In this document: positions 1 to 9,014 of the stretch, piece by piece | How the letters are laid out: every line of letters begins with the position of its first letter | Position numbering within the stretch: the first letter of the stretch is position 1 | Origin: an uncultured virus (IMG/VR IMGVR_UViG_3300037245_003208) | Lineage: Duplodnaviria > Heunggongvirae > Uroviricota > Caudoviricetes | IMG/VR virus record: IMGVR_UViG_3300037245_003208 | DNA length: 27,136 nt | Strand: one strand, 5' to 3' | Notes under the pieces: generated by a model | Databases searched by the model: none | The model's input: only the letters and a program-made list of their open reading frames with translations | Told to the model about the DNA's origin: nothing | Translations under genes and position numbers: made by a program

Positions 1-2
1 CT

Positions 3-143
3 TCCTGGGGTAAAGAAGGAGTGCGCGAATTTATACGTCCTTCTATGATTTATGATGCAGATATTTGTTTAGAAACCCCTAAAAAGGAATATGTGATTAG
101 TAGCGATTTTGGGGATCAGAAAGATATTTTTATTGGTGCGTAA
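3..143 (+). CDS. 3' end of a hypothetical protein (partial)
   Basis: Frame 3 is open from the window edge (SWGKEGVREF...DIFIGA) to TAA at 141-143, followed by the RBS of the next gene. Confidence 0.6.
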   Translation, partial: SWGKEGVREFIRPSMIYDADICLETPKKEYVISSDFGDQKDIFIGA

Positions 144-160
144 CTAAAAGGAGGATTGAT

Positions 161-382
161 TTGGAACTCACACAGGAAGAAAAAGATGTAATAATTGCGG
201 GACTTCAGATGCGAATGTGTTACATTGAAACAGGGAATCCGCTGTTACGTGCATGTGATGTAAGAAATGAGAATACTAATAAAGTTTCCAGATTTCAAAA
301 ACATCAACACATAATGCCTCTGTCTACCCACCAAATGAAAATAATAATAACTTCAGAAGAACTAATTAAAAAACTCTTATGA
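161..382 (+). CDS. hypothetical protein
   Basis: TTG start after AGGAGG RBS; ATGA overlap with the helicase. Confidence 0.75.
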   Translation: MELTQEEKDVIIAGLQMRMCYIETGNPLLRACDVRNENTNKVSRFQKHQHIMPLSTHQMKIIITSEELIKKLL

Positions 383-1926
383 AACTAACAAGACGATCTG
401 TAAACTCCACAGAAGAGAAACGGCTATTGACAGGTTTAATTGTTTCGCAGGAAGTTTGTGAAGCCGTTATTCCTAAACTTGATTTGGAATATTTTGAAAT
501 TAAAAGAATCAGAGAAGTTGCAAAATGGGCAATTGTTTATTTCAAGAAATATAATAAACCAGTAAATACAGACATAATGCCTATTTTTAAAAAATTTCAG
601 CACAGTTTTGAAGCTGCAGAAAAAGAGTCTCTGGAAGATTTGTTACTAAATATTTCTGAAACCTACAAACAGCAAAAAGGTCATTATAATTCTGAATACG
701 TTGTTGAAGAATCCTTACAATTTATTAAAAAAAGATTCTTGGAAATTAAAGTTGCAAATGCTCAAATTCTTCTTGAGAATGGAAAAATCAATGAAGCAGA
801 GCAGGAGTTTCAAACTTACGAAAAATTTGAAAAAGAAACATCCGCATGGGAACGTCCATTCTCCATGGAGGCAGTTGACAACACTTTTGCCAGAGAAGAA
901 GAAAGTGTTTTCACTTTACGGGGTGATATTGGAAGATTTTTAGGCTCTATGAAGACATGCTGGCTTGTGGCAATTCACGGAGCTTATAAATTAGGAAAAA
1001 CAAACGTATTACTGGAATGGTGTTTATATTCTGCAATTGATTTAAAACAACCCACTGTTTTATTTTCCACAGAAATGCAAAAGGAGGATATTTATTCAAG
1101 AATGTACAAACGATTACTGTCTTCCTGTGATGGAACTGACCCATGGGTAAGGTATCCTGTGTTTGATTGTGAACTTAATCAAACAAACGAGTGTCAGCAT
1201 AAAAACAGATCTTGTTTTGTTGCCCCTCCTGATAAACCAACACATATGCCTGGAGAATCTTACCAACCTTGCACATATTGCAGAGATCATAAAGAAGGTG
1301 CATATGTTGAGGAAGGTGTGGAAACTCGTCACTATAAAGAGTATAAAATGAGCACCTGGTTCATTAAAGAAAAACGGCCCATGTTCAATAAAATGAATGT
1401 TAAAGAAAAAGTGAAAGTTGTTGAACGGTTCTATGGTCGTTTATTGTGGGTGAGAACATATTCAAAATACACTGCCAATGTTGAGCAAGAAATAACAAAT
1501 GATTTGAATATGCTGGAAAAACATGAAAATTTCATTCCAACGATTATAGGAATAGATATGGCTGATACTTTATCTCCTGAACCTGATTCATCTTCAGAAG
1601 GAACAAATAAAGAGGACAGAACATGGATAGCATTGGCAGCACTTGCACAAAGCAGGAAAGCACTTGTATTCACACCAACTCAGGTTACTAAATCTGGTCT
1701 TAGTAAGTCCACACAGGGCACAGAGGAAGTTGCCAGATGGTCGGGAAAATTAGGCCATGTTGATATGTATGTGACCTTGAATCAAACGTCTGATGAAAAA
1801 GCAAAAGGAATTATGAGATACGGGTTACTGGAGCACAGACATAAATTTTTCCTACCTGCTGCCACATGTACAGTGCTTAACAATATTGGAGCGGGTCAAG
1901 CTTTTCTTGATTCTTATTTAGATTAA
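379..1926 (+). CDS. dnaB: DnaB-like (SF4) replicative DNA helicase
   Basis: N-terminal EEKRLLTGLI helical domain; Walker A HGAYKLGKT; FSTEM; Walker B IIGIDMAD; FTPTQ motif; replication gene context. Confidence 0.85.
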   Translation: MKLTRRSVNSTEEKRLLTGLIVSQEVCEAVIPKLDLEYFEIKRIREVAKWAIVYFKKYNKPVNTDIMPIFKKFQHSFEAAEKESLEDLLLNISETYKQQKGHYNSEYVVEESLQFIKKRFLEIKVANAQILLENGKINEAEQEFQTYEKFEKETSAWERPFSMEAVDNTFAREEESVFTLRGDIGRFLGSMKTCWLVAIHGAYKLGKTNVLLEWCLYSAIDLKQPTVLFSTEMQKEDIYSRMYKRLLSSCDGTDPWVRYPVFDCELNQTNECQHKNRSCFVAPPDKPTHMPGESYQPCTYCRDHKEGAYVEEGVETRHYKEYKMSTWFIKEKRPMFNKMNVKEKVKVVERFYGRLLWVRTYSKYTANVEQEITNDLNMLEKHENFIPTIIGIDMADTLSPEPDSSSEGTNKEDRTWIALAALAQSRKALVFTPTQVTKSGLSKSTQGTEEVARWSGKLGHVDMYVTLNQTSDEKAKGIMRYGLLEHRHKFFLPAATCTVLNNIGAGQAFLDSYLD

Positions 1927-1944
1927 TAAAAAGGAGTAAAAATA

Positions 1945-2172
1945 ATGGCAAAAAATAAACTACTTAAACATTTTAACTCCAGTGACTCTGATTACTTCAC
2001 TGGCGCGGCAGTACAGGAACGTTGTTTTGATTTGGCTATGCTTATTGACGGTGAATTACTTGATTGTGTGGAAAAAGACATAGCACTTCAAAAGCTCGTA
2101 GAAGTTCAGGACTGGGCTCTTAAAGCAGCAGAAGTTAAAAAAGAAATAACAGAAAAATTAAATTCACCATAA
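1945..2172 (+). CDS. small helical-hairpin protein, Acb2/Tad1-like (possible immune-signal sponge)
   Basis: AAGGAG RBS; LLKHF...FDLAMLID...EKDIALQKLVEVQDWALKA resembles the EKxxALxKLxEAxxWA pattern of Acb2/Tad1 hairpin proteins. Confidence 0.45.
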   Translation: MAKNKLLKHFNSSDSDYFTGAAVQERCFDLAMLIDGELLDCVEKDIALQKLVEVQDWALKAAEVKKEITEKLNSP

Positions 2173-2197
2173 AAAAGCTAAATGTTATTTATAAAGC

Positions 2198-2227
2198 TTG
2201 ACAAATTCGAATGTTAGATGTTATGAA
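2198..2227 (+). promoter_or_regulatory. sigma70-type promoter for the DUF262 fusion gene
   Basis: Perfect TTGACA (2198-2203), 18 nt spacer, TGnTATGAA extended -10-like box, AT-rich upstream tract, then TAAGGAG RBS. Confidence 0.6.
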
Positions 2228-2274
2228 TTAATTATTTAACGCAGTAAAACTATTAATTAAGGAGATTTTAAAAA

Positions 2275-3951
2275 ATGAGTAATCCAACAATTTCAGAAAT
2301 GAAAACTGAAATCAAAGCCCTAAACAAAGTTTTAGGCAAAGACGATCAAATTGCAATAGGAAGAAAAAAACTGGACGAACTTATCGAAGGTTTTATTGGA
2401 GGCGTAAACACTCTCAGTGATGAGGAGTATGATAATCTTGATCCAGAAACTATGAACATCTTTTTGTTGGTGTCTCCTGAAGAAGTGAACGAAGAAGAAG
2501 GTGAGGCTGGCGACGCTCTTAAATCTTTAGATGATATTGATTTAAAAGAACTGAAAAAAGCAGTTACCACACTCAATAAAACAAAAACAACAACCAACAT
2601 TGTTGCTCGTGGAAAAAACAAAGAAAAACTTCTGGAATTATTTTTGGAAGCTCTTGCAGCAGTTCCTGAAGATAAAGGAGATGATATTCCAGCAGAGGTA
2701 TGGGATTTTAATGATTCCTGTTATGAAGCTGGTGAAACAACAGATGACGGAACTGAGGACGGAACATCTGAATGTCCTGAAGATGCTGTATTTGGTGAAG
2801 ATTTTGATACCATTGACACTTGTGCTGATTGCGAAAGTCGTAAAAGTTGTGAAGATGCTTATTACCTCATAAATCCTGAAGGGGACTCTGGCAAAGATGG
2901 AGGTGCTGGTGAAGATGATGGCACTGATGAAAAAGATGAAGAATCAGTTCCTGCGGGCATCCTTGCTCCTGCCTATAACAAAACATTTAAAGATGTAATG
3001 AATATGGTTGATGAGGATACTTTGGTAACTCAGCCAGCGTTTCAAAGAAATTCAGGAATTTGGAAAACTGCTGATCAGGTAAGATTAATTAAAACAATGC
3101 TTGCAGGTTATCCAATTCCAGAAATATATTTTGCTGAAGTAGAAGATGAGACTGTTCTCATTGACGGTCAGCAAAGAATTAATGTAATGCATGCATGGTT
3201 TTCAGGAACATTAAAAGGGCAGGTTAAGGGGTATGATAAGTTAACCCAGAAGGCTCAGAAAGCAATCAACAATTACCCACTGGTTGTTCGTGATCTTGGT
3301 GTTGTAAGTGTTGAGCAGGTTGAGGAAATTTTCCGTAATCTCAATGCAACTGCTTACAGTCTTAATAAGATTGAAATTTTTAATTCTGAATATGGTGGTG
3401 CTGGTGGTTTATTTGATGCAGGCAGAGATTTAATAGACCATTCATTGTTTGTAGAGTACAAACTGTTCTCAGTGGCTCAGAAGCATCGTATGCTGAACAT
3501 TGAGTATACCTTAACAATTCTTTCAACTTTGCTTTCATTCTCTAAAGGTGAAAGTTATTTTACAGGAACAGGCCCACTTAAAAAATGGGTAGGAAATTAC
3601 GGTGAAAAATATCCTGCAGGAAAAGCAACAATAAAGAAATTCAACATTGTTGCATCCCTTGTGGAAAGTGTTAAAATGCCTGTAATTTCTATATGGACTA
3701 AGAAGAGTGCCTTGTTTACGCTTTTAACTGAATTAATGAAGTTAAAAACTCTTCCAAAGAAAGATGTTCTTAAAAAGAAACTTAAAGCCTTTGAAAGTAA
3801 GGTTGACGATGTTTCCGTTGATGATTATGCAAATGAAGGTAAGAAAATGACTCCTTACATTGAATTTCATAAGAATATTTCACAGGCTACTGGAAGTAAA
3901 GTTGCCAGGGAACAGAGAGCAGAATGTGTTCGTAAATACATTTTGAAGTAA
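2275..3951 (+). CDS. fusion protein: two N-terminal helical repeats, acidic linker, four-Cys module and C-terminal DUF262 (GmrS/ParB-like) domain
   Basis: DUF262 motifs PAFQR...W, GYPIPEIYF, LIDGQQR and IFRNLNA...LNKIE. The N-terminal ~225 aa are very acidic and contain CPxDxxFGxDF..CxDC..C. Confidence 0.8.
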   Translation: MSNPTISEMKTEIKALNKVLGKDDQIAIGRKKLDELIEGFIGGVNTLSDEEYDNLDPETMNIFLLVSPEEVNEEEGEAGDALKSLDDIDLKELKKAVTTLNKTKTTTNIVARGKNKEKLLELFLEALAAVPEDKGDDIPAEVWDFNDSCYEAGETTDDGTEDGTSECPEDAVFGEDFDTIDTCADCESRKSCEDAYYLINPEGDSGKDGGAGEDDGTDEKDEESVPAGILAPAYNKTFKDVMNMVDEDTLVTQPAFQRNSGIWKTADQVRLIKTMLAGYPIPEIYFAEVEDETVLIDGQQRINVMHAWFSGTLKGQVKGYDKLTQKAQKAINNYPLVVRDLGVVSVEQVEEIFRNLNATAYSLNKIEIFNSEYGGAGGLFDAGRDLIDHSLFVEYKLFSVAQKHRMLNIEYTLTILSTLLSFSKGESYFTGTGPLKKWVGNYGEKYPAGKATIKKFNIVASLVESVKMPVISIWTKKSALFTLLTELMKLKTLPKKDVLKKKLKAFESKVDDVSVDDYANEGKKMTPYIEFHKNISQATGSKVAREQRAECVRKYILK

Positions 3952-3981
3952 TATTTTATTAATGAATATTTAATCATATAC

Positions 3982-4016
3982 AAACCCACACAGTCAGTTC
4001 TGTGTGGGTTTTTTAT
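3982..4016 (+). terminator. Rho-independent terminator
   Basis: AAACCCACACAG-tcagtt-CTGTGTGGGTTT, a perfect 12-bp stem running into a T tract just after the DUF262 gene. Confidence 0.9.
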
Positions 4017-4032
4017 TGCGAAGGAGAACAGG

Positions 4033-4350
4033 ATGCCAGATAAAATATATTCACTTACCTGTAGCATAACTCCAAAGAGTCTTTCAACATCCAAAATTCC
4101 TTACATCATTAAAACTAACAGTGACAAGTACATTCAAACAAGTACGGGATTCTTACCTAAAAAAGATATTGGTGTTATCATTTTCCGTAGAATGGAACCA
4201 AGTAAAGTAATTTTAACAACTTACTGTTATTTAGATGATTTTCCCATCATCCTCCAAAGAATGTATGCAATGGGTGATGAATACTACGCACTCACTGCAC
4301 AAATCTGTTCACAGTGTCTTACCCAGTTAAGAAAATTTAAACAGTCATAG
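4033..4350 (+). CDS. hypothetical protein
   Basis: AAGGAG RBS, 105 aa ORF. Confidence 0.7.
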   Translation: MPDKIYSLTCSITPKSLSTSKIPYIIKTNSDKYIQTSTGFLPKKDIGVIIFRRMEPSKVILTTYCYLDDFPIILQRMYAMGDEYYALTAQICSQCLTQLRKFKQS

Positions 4351-4362
4351 AGGAACAAACTA

Positions 4363-5436
4363 ATGAAATTAGTAACTGCAGAATTTAAAAAAGTTTTAAA
4401 AAAAATAAAACTGGGAATGAAAACTACAAAAATAGAAGCCACCCAGTATATTTATATTAAAGATGAATTGATTTTCTCTTATTGTGATCGTTATGCTGTT
4501 TCTGCGCCCATGAAAGAAACATATGAAAAATCAGATGTGTTTTTTGAAATTTGTGTAAATGGAAAAGAATTCATTGCTGGAATTGAAAAAATAAAAGCAA
4601 AAGAAATAACATTGGTTTATAAAAATTCACAATTAGTGGTAATTGCGGGCAGATTAAATTTAAAATTTACAGCTATTGAGGATGAATATTACACAGAGTT
4701 AATTGATGAGATTGCTGAGTCGCAATCATCAGATGATCATGGATGGGATTCTGACTGGACTGAGGATGGTTTTGAAAACTTCCTAAATGGTTTGATCTTT
4801 GCATCCTCCTGCGTTTCTAAAAATTTAAGTGATGGAACACTATGCTGCGTAATTGTGGATAATGAGCAATTAATCGCATCTAACAATTGCCAAATTGTTC
4901 TGTGGGAAGTTTATGAGAGTGGTGATTTTCAACCTTTTAAAATCTACGGGGATGCTGTTGCATTACTTAAGCAAGTTGGAACAACCAATATTAAAATGTT
5001 CCACATAACTAAGAGTTGGATTCATTTTCATATTCACGATAATGAAGATGCTTATGGTGATATTTTGTCCATTAGAAGAATTGAGGGCCCATATCCTGAC
5101 ATGTTAACACTTTTTGAAGGTTATGATTCGTTACCTTTTTATTCGTTTCCAGTAGGAGCTGAAACAGTGCTGGGAATTATTAAAAAAATATCAGGCAATG
5201 CTGCAGTTTTGGAAGTTTCTGAAAATGAAATGATAATTTCCACGCCTGAAGATATCACGAAAAACGCAGTTATTGAATCCTTTGAAATTGAATATGACGG
5301 AGAGCCATTTAAGGTCATGGTTGCTATTGATGCTTTAGGAGACATGATCAAAGAAGAAGCAGAATTTACAAAAGGTGAGAATCTGTTTATTCGTCATGAG
5401 AAATACGACTACATCACTACCTGGACACAGGTGTAA
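4363..5436 (+). CDS. dnaN: DNA sliding clamp, beta-clamp (DnaN)-like
   Basis: 357 aa acidic protein of three-domain size; SIRRIEGPYPDM matches the DnaN SRLIEGxYPDY motif; clamp loader nearby. Confidence 0.7.
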   Translation: MKLVTAEFKKVLKKIKLGMKTTKIEATQYIYIKDELIFSYCDRYAVSAPMKETYEKSDVFFEICVNGKEFIAGIEKIKAKEITLVYKNSQLVVIAGRLNLKFTAIEDEYYTELIDEIAESQSSDDHGWDSDWTEDGFENFLNGLIFASSCVSKNLSDGTLCCVIVDNEQLIASNNCQIVLWEVYESGDFQPFKIYGDAVALLKQVGTTNIKMFHITKSWIHFHIHDNEDAYGDILSIRRIEGPYPDMLTLFEGYDSLPFYSFPVGAETVLGIIKKISGNAAVLEVSENEMIISTPEDITKNAVIESFEIEYDGEPFKVMVAIDALGDMIKEEAEFTKGENLFIRHEKYDYITTWTQV

Positions 5437-5454
5437 AATAAAGCCATAAGGAAT

Positions 5455-5679
5455 ATGAAAATGAAAAAAGAATTAAAATATATAACAATTGATAATATCA
5501 ATGCACATGCAAGGCCAGGGGCTGTTGTATCTAATTGCATTTTCGAAGCATTACAATTAGCCTCTAAAGAGGGTGTTAATGTAATATTAAAACACAATGA
5601 TTTGGAATACACAATTGATTTTGCTCATCACATGGAAATAGTTTTGGAAACTATGAAGGCTGACAAATTTAAAAAATAA
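5455..5679 (+). CDS. hypothetical protein
   Basis: TAAGGA RBS; fills the gap between clamp and polymerase. Confidence 0.7.
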   Translation: MKMKKELKYITIDNINAHARPGAVVSNCIFEALQLASKEGVNVILKHNDLEYTIDFAHHMEIVLETMKADKFKK

Positions 5680-5690
5680 TTGGAGTTCTC

Positions 5691-8291
5691 ATGGGCTTTT
5701 ACTCGCCTTCTGAAATACAGCAGCACACGCAGATAATAAATAAACCACAGAGCTGCCTAACCTGTGGTTTATATAAAACAACTACTAATCGTAAAATGCC
5801 TGTCACTGGAGAAGGTAAAAAAGATATATTGATTATAGGCTCACACAATACCTTTGCTGATGATCGTCATAATAACAGATTTTTAAATCATGAGGGTACT
5901 TACATTCGTGATCTTTTTGGTAATTATGGTTATAATTTTGACAGAGATGTTTATTCCTTGAATGCTGTTAACTGCGTTCCAATTAAAAATCACGAGATCA
6001 GGGAACCTGCTAAGAACGAACTACAGTCATGCAAACCTTACGTTGACTCCATTATTCAGGAACTCAAACCCAAGCATATCATTACACTGGGAACTTTAGT
6101 GAACGAGCAAATGTGGCATCCTATTTTCAAAAAGAAAAGTCACATTCGTTGGAGAGGAACCCATATTCCTGACAGGTTTTATAATGCACATATTCATCCA
6201 ATGCTTGACATGGAAATGGTCATGGATGAAAGAAAACCTGAATATTCTGCAGTTTTTAATAGAGATTTTGAAAATTTAATCTGGCATATTGAAGAGAATA
6301 ACAAAACCCCTCTTGAATTGTATCCTGAAAATGAAGATAAATATGTAACAATTCTTTACAATTTTAAAGACCTCAAAAAGAATTTAGAAGCGCTGTTAAA
6401 AAATCCAAGAAGAATAACATTTGACTATGAAACAACTGGTTTAAAGCCCTACGCAGCAGGACATAAAACCGCTACTATTTCATATGCTGTTTCTCCCGTA
6501 GAAGCATATACATTTCCTTATGAGTGGCCTGGATTTTTCACCCCTAAAGAATTAAAAGAAATAAAAAGGCTCTGGGGAAAAGTTTTAAAACACCCTGAAA
6601 TTCCATTAGTTGCACAAAATATGAAATATGAGGATGTCTGGTCAACTATTCAAATGGGTGTGCAACCTGTAGCATGGGATTTTGACACAATGCTTGCTAC
6701 CCATGTTTTGGATTCACGAACAGGTTTTGCTGGTTTAAAATTTCAAACCTATCTTCAGTTTGGGCGACGACCCTACGATACTGGAGTTAGTAAATTTTTA
6801 AAATCAAATGGTGCTGAATTTAATACAATATTTGAAGCCCCTCTTGATGAGCTTTTGATGTATGGTGGCCTGGATTCAATCTACACTGATAAATACTACG
6901 AACGATTGCTTAAAATTTTAGAAAATAGCGAACCTTCAGCACTGAATCCAGATTACACAGAAATGGATGCGTATAACATGTACCACAATTTAACGCTTAC
7001 TTTTTCTGATGTGGAAATTAATGGAATTCCTTGTGATGAGGAATATTATCAAGCAACTTTTGAAGAATTGGGTGAAAAAATTGAAGAGATTGAAGAATAT
7101 TTATATACTGGTGAGGAGGCCCAAAAATTTAAAGATATTTATGGTCACACCATTAATTTAAAATCTTCGCAGCAATTAGGGAACTTGTTTTATGATGTAC
7201 TTGGCTATCCAGAAATATTAAATGTGGATGGAAACAGAACAACTGATAAAGCAGCTTTAAAAGACATTGATTTAAAATTTGTTAAGGAATTAACGAAACA
7301 TAAAAAATTAATAAAAGTAAAAGACACATATGTGAAAGGATACATAACCCATTCACAAGGTAATGTGATTCACGCAAACTTCAGTGTTGCCACCACAAAG
7401 AGCCACAGAAGCAGCATACGTTCCCCTTCAATGCAGAACGTGCCAGTAAGGGACAAAGAGGCTAAAAAGCTTTGTAGGGGCGGCTTAATCCCCTCAAAAG
7501 GATGGCATATAGGAGAAGCTGACTGGTCTGGAATTGAAGTAGCAATTGGGTGTCCTTACCACAATGACCCCAACATGATAAAATATGTAACTGACCCTGA
7601 TACAGACATGCACAGGGACACAGCCATGGATTTATTCATGTTAAATCTATCTCAAATATCCAAAGAATTAAGACAAAGTGCAAAAACCAATTTTGTCTTT
7701 CCTGAATTTTATGGAGATTATTGGAAGCAGTGTGCGGAGTCTTTGTGGGATGATCGTTATTTAAAAACTGCTGAGGAAATTACACTGAAAGAACATCTCA
7801 AAAATAATGGAATTTATTCTTTAGATGATTTTGAACAGCATGTAAGACAAATGGAAAAAATATTCTGGTATGAAAGATTTCCAGTATATAAGCAATGGCG
7901 ATCAGATCAATTTGAACTGTATTTAGAACAGGGTTATATTGACACTTATACGGGATTTAAACATCGTGGTGTGCTGAATAAAAAAGATGTGGCAAATCAT
8001 AATATTCAGGGAGAAGCTTACAGATGTCAAGCCTGGGTCATGCAGAAAATGAATGACAGAATGAAGGCAGAAAAATACGCTACTAAAATAATTAATCAAA
8101 TTCATGATAGTATTATTTTCAACATGCATCCTGCAGAAGTTGGGGATGTGTTCCACATGATGCAAAAATTAGGTACGAAGTCAATTTTAGATCATCATAA
8201 GTGGATTAATGTTCCACTTGTTATTGATTTTGAATTAGCCCCAATGGACAGACCTTGGAATGAAAAAGAGGACTATAAGCTTGCAGCTTAA
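5691..8291 (+). CDS. polA: family A DNA polymerase with N-terminal UDG family 4-like domain and 3'-5' exonuclease
   Basis: CLTCGL...NAVNC...ELQSC UDG-like domain; ExoI FDYETTGL, ExoII AQNMKYE, ExoIII YGGLDS; motif A EADWSGIE, motif B RQSAKTNFVFPEFYG, motif C QIHDS. Confidence 0.95.
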   Translation: MGFYSPSEIQQHTQIINKPQSCLTCGLYKTTTNRKMPVTGEGKKDILIIGSHNTFADDRHNNRFLNHEGTYIRDLFGNYGYNFDRDVYSLNAVNCVPIKNHEIREPAKNELQSCKPYVDSIIQELKPKHIITLGTLVNEQMWHPIFKKKSHIRWRGTHIPDRFYNAHIHPMLDMEMVMDERKPEYSAVFNRDFENLIWHIEENNKTPLELYPENEDKYVTILYNFKDLKKNLEALLKNPRRITFDYETTGLKPYAAGHKTATISYAVSPVEAYTFPYEWPGFFTPKELKEIKRLWGKVLKHPEIPLVAQNMKYEDVWSTIQMGVQPVAWDFDTMLATHVLDSRTGFAGLKFQTYLQFGRRPYDTGVSKFLKSNGAEFNTIFEAPLDELLMYGGLDSIYTDKYYERLLKILENSEPSALNPDYTEMDAYNMYHNLTLTFSDVEINGIPCDEEYYQATFEELGEKIEEIEEYLYTGEEAQKFKDIYGHTINLKSSQQLGNLFYDVLGYPEILNVDGNRTTDKAALKDIDLKFVKELTKHKKLIKVKDTYVKGYITHSQGNVIHANFSVATTKSHRSSIRSPSMQNVPVRDKEAKKLCRGGLIPSKGWHIGEADWSGIEVAIGCPYHNDPNMIKYVTDPDTDMHRDTAMDLFMLNLSQISKELRQSAKTNFVFPEFYGDYWKQCAESLWDDRYLKTAEEITLKEHLKNNGIYSLDDFEQHVRQMEKIFWYERFPVYKQWRSDQFELYLEQGYIDTYTGFKHRGVLNKKDVANHNIQGEAYRCQAWVMQKMNDRMKAEKYATKIINQIHDSIIFNMHPAEVGDVFHMMQKLGTKSILDHHKWINVPLVIDFELAPMDRPWNEKEDYKLAA

Positions 8292-8330
8292 AGTAGTTGA
8301 CACCATGTTATAGCCATGGTATAGACTACT
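8292..8330 (+). promoter_or_regulatory. sigma70-type promoter inside an inverted repeat (candidate operator)
   Basis: TTGACA 8297-8302, 17 nt, TATAGA 8320-8325. Arms AGTAGTTGACACCATG and CATGGTATAGACTACT are complementary at 13 of 16 positions. Confidence 0.6.
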
Positions 8331-8359
8331 CAACATTTAATTATAGGAGATTGAGAATA

Positions 8360-8596
8360 ATGCCCATACCCCGAAGAAAGAGAAAAAAGAAATCAGTAGT
8401 TCCAAAAAAGAGAGAAACAACCGCACCTTTTTTACATCAGAGAGGTAAGGAAGTACTGCATACTTATCAATTCAGACCCTCCAAAAAATTCTTTGATCAG
8501 AAAGTAAAACTATTAACAGAGGTAATGCAATGCCCGTCATACCACGATATGTTAATTACTCTTATTATGGAAAGATGTGATAAAGAAGGAATCTAA
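8360..8596 (+). CDS. small basic protein, possible ribbon-helix-helix DNA-binding protein
   Basis: AGGAGA RBS before ATG 8360, preferred over the TTG at 8297 that lies in the -35 box; TYQFRP strand followed by two predicted helices. Confidence 0.55.
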   Translation: MPIPRRKRKKKSVVPKKRETTAPFLHQRGKEVLHTYQFRPSKKFFDQKVKLLTEVMQCPSYHDMLITLIMERCDKEGI

Positions 8597-8624
8597 CCTC
8601 ACATATTAAAAGGTATATCAAGTC

Positions 8625-9014
8625 ATGCGGAAAATACTACGAAGGAGACGACCTGTAGAAAAGAAAGTCCCCAAATCCAAAGCCCAGTCATTTATAGACT
8701 GTTTAGCAACAGGTAAAAAAGTATTTGTAGAGATCAGACACGGTAATCGCAAATCCACTCATTTATGCCCAATTGATAAAATTTCGCAAAAAACAATAAA
8801 TATTAAAGTTGGTACTCAGGGAATAAAGAAAATTCATAAAGAATCCCTATCATTCACAGATGCGGGAACTGTTTACCTAATCAAACCACCAACATCAGAT
8901 GTTGAGATTGCTTATTATCTCACTACATTGCCAATTTTAATGCACTGTATAAAACTGCCAAACGATTTATTTTATTTAGAGGACTTATATGAAAAATTAC
9001 AGGAGATAAGTTAA
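8625..9014 (+). CDS. hypothetical protein with Arg-rich N-terminus
   Basis: AAGG RBS; 129 aa ORF in the operon. Confidence 0.7.
   Translation: MRKILRRRRPVEKKVPKSKAQSFIDCLATGKKVFVEIRHGNRKSTHLCPIDKISQKTINIKVGTQGIKKIHKESLSFTDAGTVYLIKPPTSDVEIAYYLTTLPILMHCIKLPNDLFYLEDLYEKLQEIS

Noticed and set aside
2275..3951. Complete GmrSD type IV restriction system
   Set aside because: Only the DUF262 part is recognisable; no HNH/DUF1524 motif was seen.
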